Shown: positions 60,763 through 64,000 of the stretch, in pieces
Position numbering within the stretch: the first letter of the stretch is position 1
Layout of the letters: the number at the start of each line of letters is the position of its first letter
Assembly: GCA_001643675.2 (NCBI GenBank)
Contig: LSRY02000003.1
Coordinates: 620,001-684,000 of the forward strand
Direction of reading: 5' to 3'
Length of the DNA stretch: 64,000 bases
From: Monocercomonoides exilis PA203
Lineage: Eukaryota > Protista > Preaxostyla
The notes under the pieces: generated by a model
Databases searched by the model: none
What the model was told of the DNA's origin: nothing
The model's input: the letters and a program-made list of their open reading frames with translations, nothing else
Program-made: the position numbers and the translations under genes

Positions 60763-60934
60763 TTTTTTTAATATTTTATTATTATGGATAAAAACAAAAA
60801 AATCGAATGAAACAATTTTAGAAAAAAATACAAAGAAATTTGAAGTATTTCGAAAATATTTTAACTAAATATATTCTTAGCAATATATATAAAATTCATA
60901 AAACAAGCATATATAACAAAAGGAACTAAATATT

Positions 60935-63900
60935 CTACAATCTTGAAATAAACGGATTTAAAACCCAGGAAATTTTTTGATTTTGCTTGTGCTTGTGATG
61001 CATAAATGCAAACATCAGGTCTTCCATTCCTTCTTCTTCGCAAATTCTTTTTGCAACAATGCATCGAAGTGTGTATCTTTCCAATTGGAATGTTCCTTTC
61101 ACGGGAATTAGTACAACTCGATCTGAATTACTGGTATCTTTCTTTACATTTTCTTGTGAATTATTCTGATCAACTTTTGTATTGCGGTCAGCAGTGATTT
61201 TTGTTTCTGTTTCAATTTGCTTTTCTTTCGTCTTTTTTGCTGCGCTTTTTCTTCTCAAACTGAGTACCGATGAATATATTAAGTGTTGCTCAGCTGTGGC
61301 ACGCCTTGTATCATCCAACACGTTGAGTATCTTAATCAACGCAAACAATGCCTGAAAGAGCGTAACATTCTTAACTTCAGTCTTCCCGCTCAGGACGCCA
61401 AATAACAAACGCAATCCATTTCTGTAAAAAAGAATAACTGTTCCAGGATCCACCATTTCATCTTCATCTAATGTTCCCAGATTTTTATTCACTTCTTTGC
61501 AACTATCTGCACAATCGATCAAATCTCCATTTGAAGCAGTCTTCTCTGATTGATCACTTGACCAAACCAAAGTGGATCCGACATTGCGAACAATTGACGC
61601 CTCTTCTACGGATAAAAGGAATGGAGTGCTTCGTTTGTTGCACCTATCTTCTGCTTGGATCGTTAAGTGACGTAATATGACCTCTTCTTTTTGCTGACTG
61701 GATAAATTAATTGAAGACTCCAACAGACCATTTTGATCAGCTGAAAATTCTTTCTTGTTTTCATTCACTTTTATCTCCTTGTTTTCTTTTTGATCCTCAT
61801 TCACCTTCTTTAATGTTGAAATAACATCACTTTCCTTGCTCATATACACTTGTGGTACGAGATGCTTTCTTTTGATTCCTTTAACAGCCAGCCAGCCCAA
61901 ACAGCAAGACGCACTCCCGCGCCACGCTGAGCATATCGGTGATTGGATGAGTTGAAACACTAAATTCGTAAGTTTGTTGATGTGAATGCTGGTGTATGAT
62001 AGAAAATGTGATGGGGATATCCTATGAGGCAACATCAAGGCTTGCTTTTTCGATGTATTTGAAGACTTCGCATTTGAAACCGATGAACATACCGCAAAAT
62101 CAGGAGTGCTCGAAACAATTGAACGTTTTTTTGTAGACGGCTGACAAACAGTTTCATTTCTTTCGATAGATTCATTTGTTGGTTTTGTAGAAATTTCCTT
62201 TTCTTTGGATAAAAGATCCTTTTTTTCATCATGAGAATTGACATACGTTCGGCTTTCGTTTCTTTTTTCTGCATTAGACACAGCTGAAATCGACTGCTTT
62301 CCAGTTAAATGTTCTGCTGACCAAAAATCATCTGAATTCAAAGAAGTGCCTATCGATGAAAGACATTGAGGATCTCTCGAAATATTTGCAGACAATACCA
62401 AATTTGTGCTTTGCAAAGATTTGCGCTTAACAGGTGCTTGCTGCTTTTTTTTGTTTTGAGTCTGAGACTCCGATTGAACTGCAGGAAAGATAATGTGTGG
62501 GCGCAGCGCACGAATGATACACGAGAAAAGCTCCAAAGATTCTGTCACAACAGTCATCCAAGCTTTGTCATAGAACAGGAAATGCTGGTTGCACTCAAGA
62601 CAGCCACGAAGAAATGAATGTGCACAATCATTTGAACAGCATCGAGAAATCGGCACAATTTCTTCACATTCACAAGGATTTTTAAGAGAATGAGGCTCAC
62701 TTGAAAATCGATCTTTGAGTTTATTATTATTATTATCCAACTCTAATTTATGAGCTGCAACTTCTTTTTTGTTCAATGAATCAGTTGAACGTTCTGCCGA
62801 GGAGCAGCTTTGAGGCATCTGGTTCTCATGATGATTATCATTTGACAAAGGCTGATTGAGAGCAGATGAAATATTATTTTTCGATGATTGCAAAGAAGAT
62901 TGAATGGAAGATGGTTCATCATTATGAGAATTACTTTCTTTCACATTAGCATCATCAGAAAGTTTAGCGTTTATAGAGCTGTTGGCAGTTAAATGAGAAG
63001 AAGATTCCAACATGGCCAAATTGGCTTCAAATGTTGGATTTGTTGAATAAGTTGAATTAGTCGAACTATTAGCCAAACGAGCAGCAGTCATCTGCTTCGG
63101 TTCAGAACACTTCTTGTCGACTTCAGAAGGAACCCACATTCCCAGTCTTTCTCCCATGTCTCTCCCAATGAGCACTCCATAGCTGAAGCCAACCCACCTG
63201 CTATATTTGCTCCTGAGGCTTTGATTGAATGCAGGAGAAGATAACAATGAAGCAGATGCATCGCCTTGTGTTTGTTCATCATTATCTTTTGATGAGGAGC
63301 TGTTCAAAGCTCCTTGCTCCTCGAGAGCATTCACATGAGAATCTGCCAATTCCATTTTTTCGGTCATCGCAGAAATTGACAAACTATCAGGAATTGGACT
63401 AACACTTGGAGAACAATGCTGAGAATTAGCATTCATTGAGAAATGATTGTTGTGATTATCATAATTACAATGATTATCAAAACAGTTCTGACTAATATGA
63501 TTAGACTCATTTGCACTAATAGGACGATACGCCATCATCGGCCAGCCGTTCTCTTCGAAGGCGAGAAACTGGCTGAGCACTTCGAGAATGTTGTACGACT
63601 CGCATAAATAATCAGCCACAGAAACAGAATGGGCACAAAGATAGGACAGAATGCACAGGGCAGGTGCGGTGACAGAAGGAGGAAAAGGCCGAAGAAGGAT
63701 AACGTGAGAATCATATGAGTAAGAAGAAGCAGAAGGTGGAGAGGAAGAAGGTGAATAGCAACTTTGATCTGTTTGGCAAGCGCATGATTGAGGAAGTGGA
63801 GAAGGAATCTTAAACGAAAATTGATCGAATGAAGTATTCGAATTATTCGCTGTTGAGGAATTGGCAGCAATTCTGAGAGGCTCACAACACCGCTGAGAAA

Positions 63901-64000
63901 CGTCATTGTTTTCATTTGAATTGTAATCGTTGTTTCGTCCATTAGTTGTGGATTGGATGCATCTTGTCTGAATTGGAGTGCTGATTGCACTTGCACTTGC
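60935..64000 (-). CDS. ARM-repeat protein, importin-alpha-like C-terminal half with large low-complexity insertions, 5'-truncated by the window
   Basis: The frame of ORF 60935..63619 stays open to base 64000. Helical blocks resemble late importin-alpha ARM repeats: TAPALCILSYLCAHSVSVADYLCESYNILEVLSQFL, LVFQLIQSPICSAWRGSASCCLGWLA, NGLRLLFGVL...LFQALFALIKILNV, ICEEEGMEDLMFAFMHH (cf. IEECGGLDKIEALQNH). Confidence 0.6.
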   Translation of the reverse strand, partial: ASASAISTPIQTRCIQSTTNGRNNDYNSNENNDVSQRCCEPLRIAANSSTANNSNTSFDQFSFKIPSPLPQSCACQTDQSCYSPSSSPPSASSYSYDSHVILLRPFPPSVTAPALCILSYLCAHSVSVADYLCESYNILEVLSQFLAFEENGWPMMAYRPISANESNHISQNCFDNHCNYDNHNNHFSMNANSQHCSPSVSPIPDSLSISAMTEKMELADSHVNALEEQGALNSSSSKDNDEQTQGDASASLLSSPAFNQSLRSKYSRWVGFSYGVLIGRDMGERLGMWVPSEVDKKCSEPKQMTAARLANSSTNSTYSTNPTFEANLAMLESSSHLTANSSINAKLSDDANVKESNSHNDEPSSIQSSLQSSKNNISSALNQPLSNDNHHENQMPQSCSSAERSTDSLNKKEVAAHKLELDNNNNKLKDRFSSEPHSLKNPCECEEIVPISRCCSNDCAHSFLRGCLECNQHFLFYDKAWMTVVTESLELFSCIIRALRPHIIFPAVQSESQTQNKKKQQAPVKRKSLQSTNLVLSANISRDPQCLSSIGTSLNSDDFWSAEHLTGKQSISAVSNAEKRNESRTYVNSHDEKKDLLSKEKEISTKPTNESIERNETVCQPSTKKRSIVSSTPDFAVCSSVSNAKSSNTSKKQALMLPHRISPSHFLSYTSIHINKLTNLVFQLIQSPICSAWRGSASCCLGWLAVKGIKRKHLVPQVYMSKESDVISTLKKVNEDQKENKEIKVNENKKEFSADQNGLLESSINLSSQQKEEVILRHLTIQAEDRCNKRSTPFLLSVEEASIVRNVGSTLVWSSDQSEKTASNGDLIDCADSCKEVNKNLGTLDEDEMVDPGTVILFYRNGLRLLFGVLSGKTEVKNVTLFQALFALIKILNVLDDTRRATAEQHLIYSSVLSLRRKSAAKKTKEKQIETETKITADRNTKVDQNNSQENVKKDTSNSDRVVLIPVKGTFQLERYTLRCIVAKRICEEEGMEDLMFAFMHHKHKQNQKISWVLNPFISRL

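Noticed and set aside
63535-63996. Hydrophobic 153-aa ORF resembling a membrane protein
   Set aside because: It is an alternative frame. The frame of ORF 60935..63619 is itself open to the window edge and carries the ARM-like motif.

Overview
Eukaryotic protist genomic DNA, not prokaryotic. It has short AT-rich spliceosomal introns (mostly 50-63 nt) and the standard genetic code, with TAA, TAG and TGA all used as stops. Very long coding exons are inflated by poly-Ser (TCT/TCA) and poly-Glu/Lys (GAA/AAA) tracts. The style and gene families suggest an oxymonad such as Monocercomonoides (inference from recalled families). Genes in order: (1) the 3' part of a BIG/Sec7-type large Arf-GEF; (2) a HECT E3 ligase; (3) a member of a lineage-specific multicopy helical family with a GC-AG intron; (4) a giant Furry/Tao3/Mor2 orthologue of about 8,290 aa with a 24.4-kb terminal exon; (5) a beta-helix surface receptor with a TM helix and a kinase C-lobe remnant, containing two almost G-free coding blocks; (6) the 3' part of an ARM-repeat, importin-alpha-like gene. 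The most unexpected structure is at 54.0-60.8 kb, an apparently non-coding AT-rich stretch holding three terminal-inverted-repeat (TIR) elements. One has 255-bp TIRs and carries decayed host-gene fragments. It directly abuts a second element with 371-bp TIRs. Nested inside the second is a TA-flanked Tc1/mariner-type element with 54-bp TIRs. The arrangement resembles a Pack-MULE/Pack-TIR gene-capture system. All homology calls come from recalled motifs and hand comparison; no searches were run.
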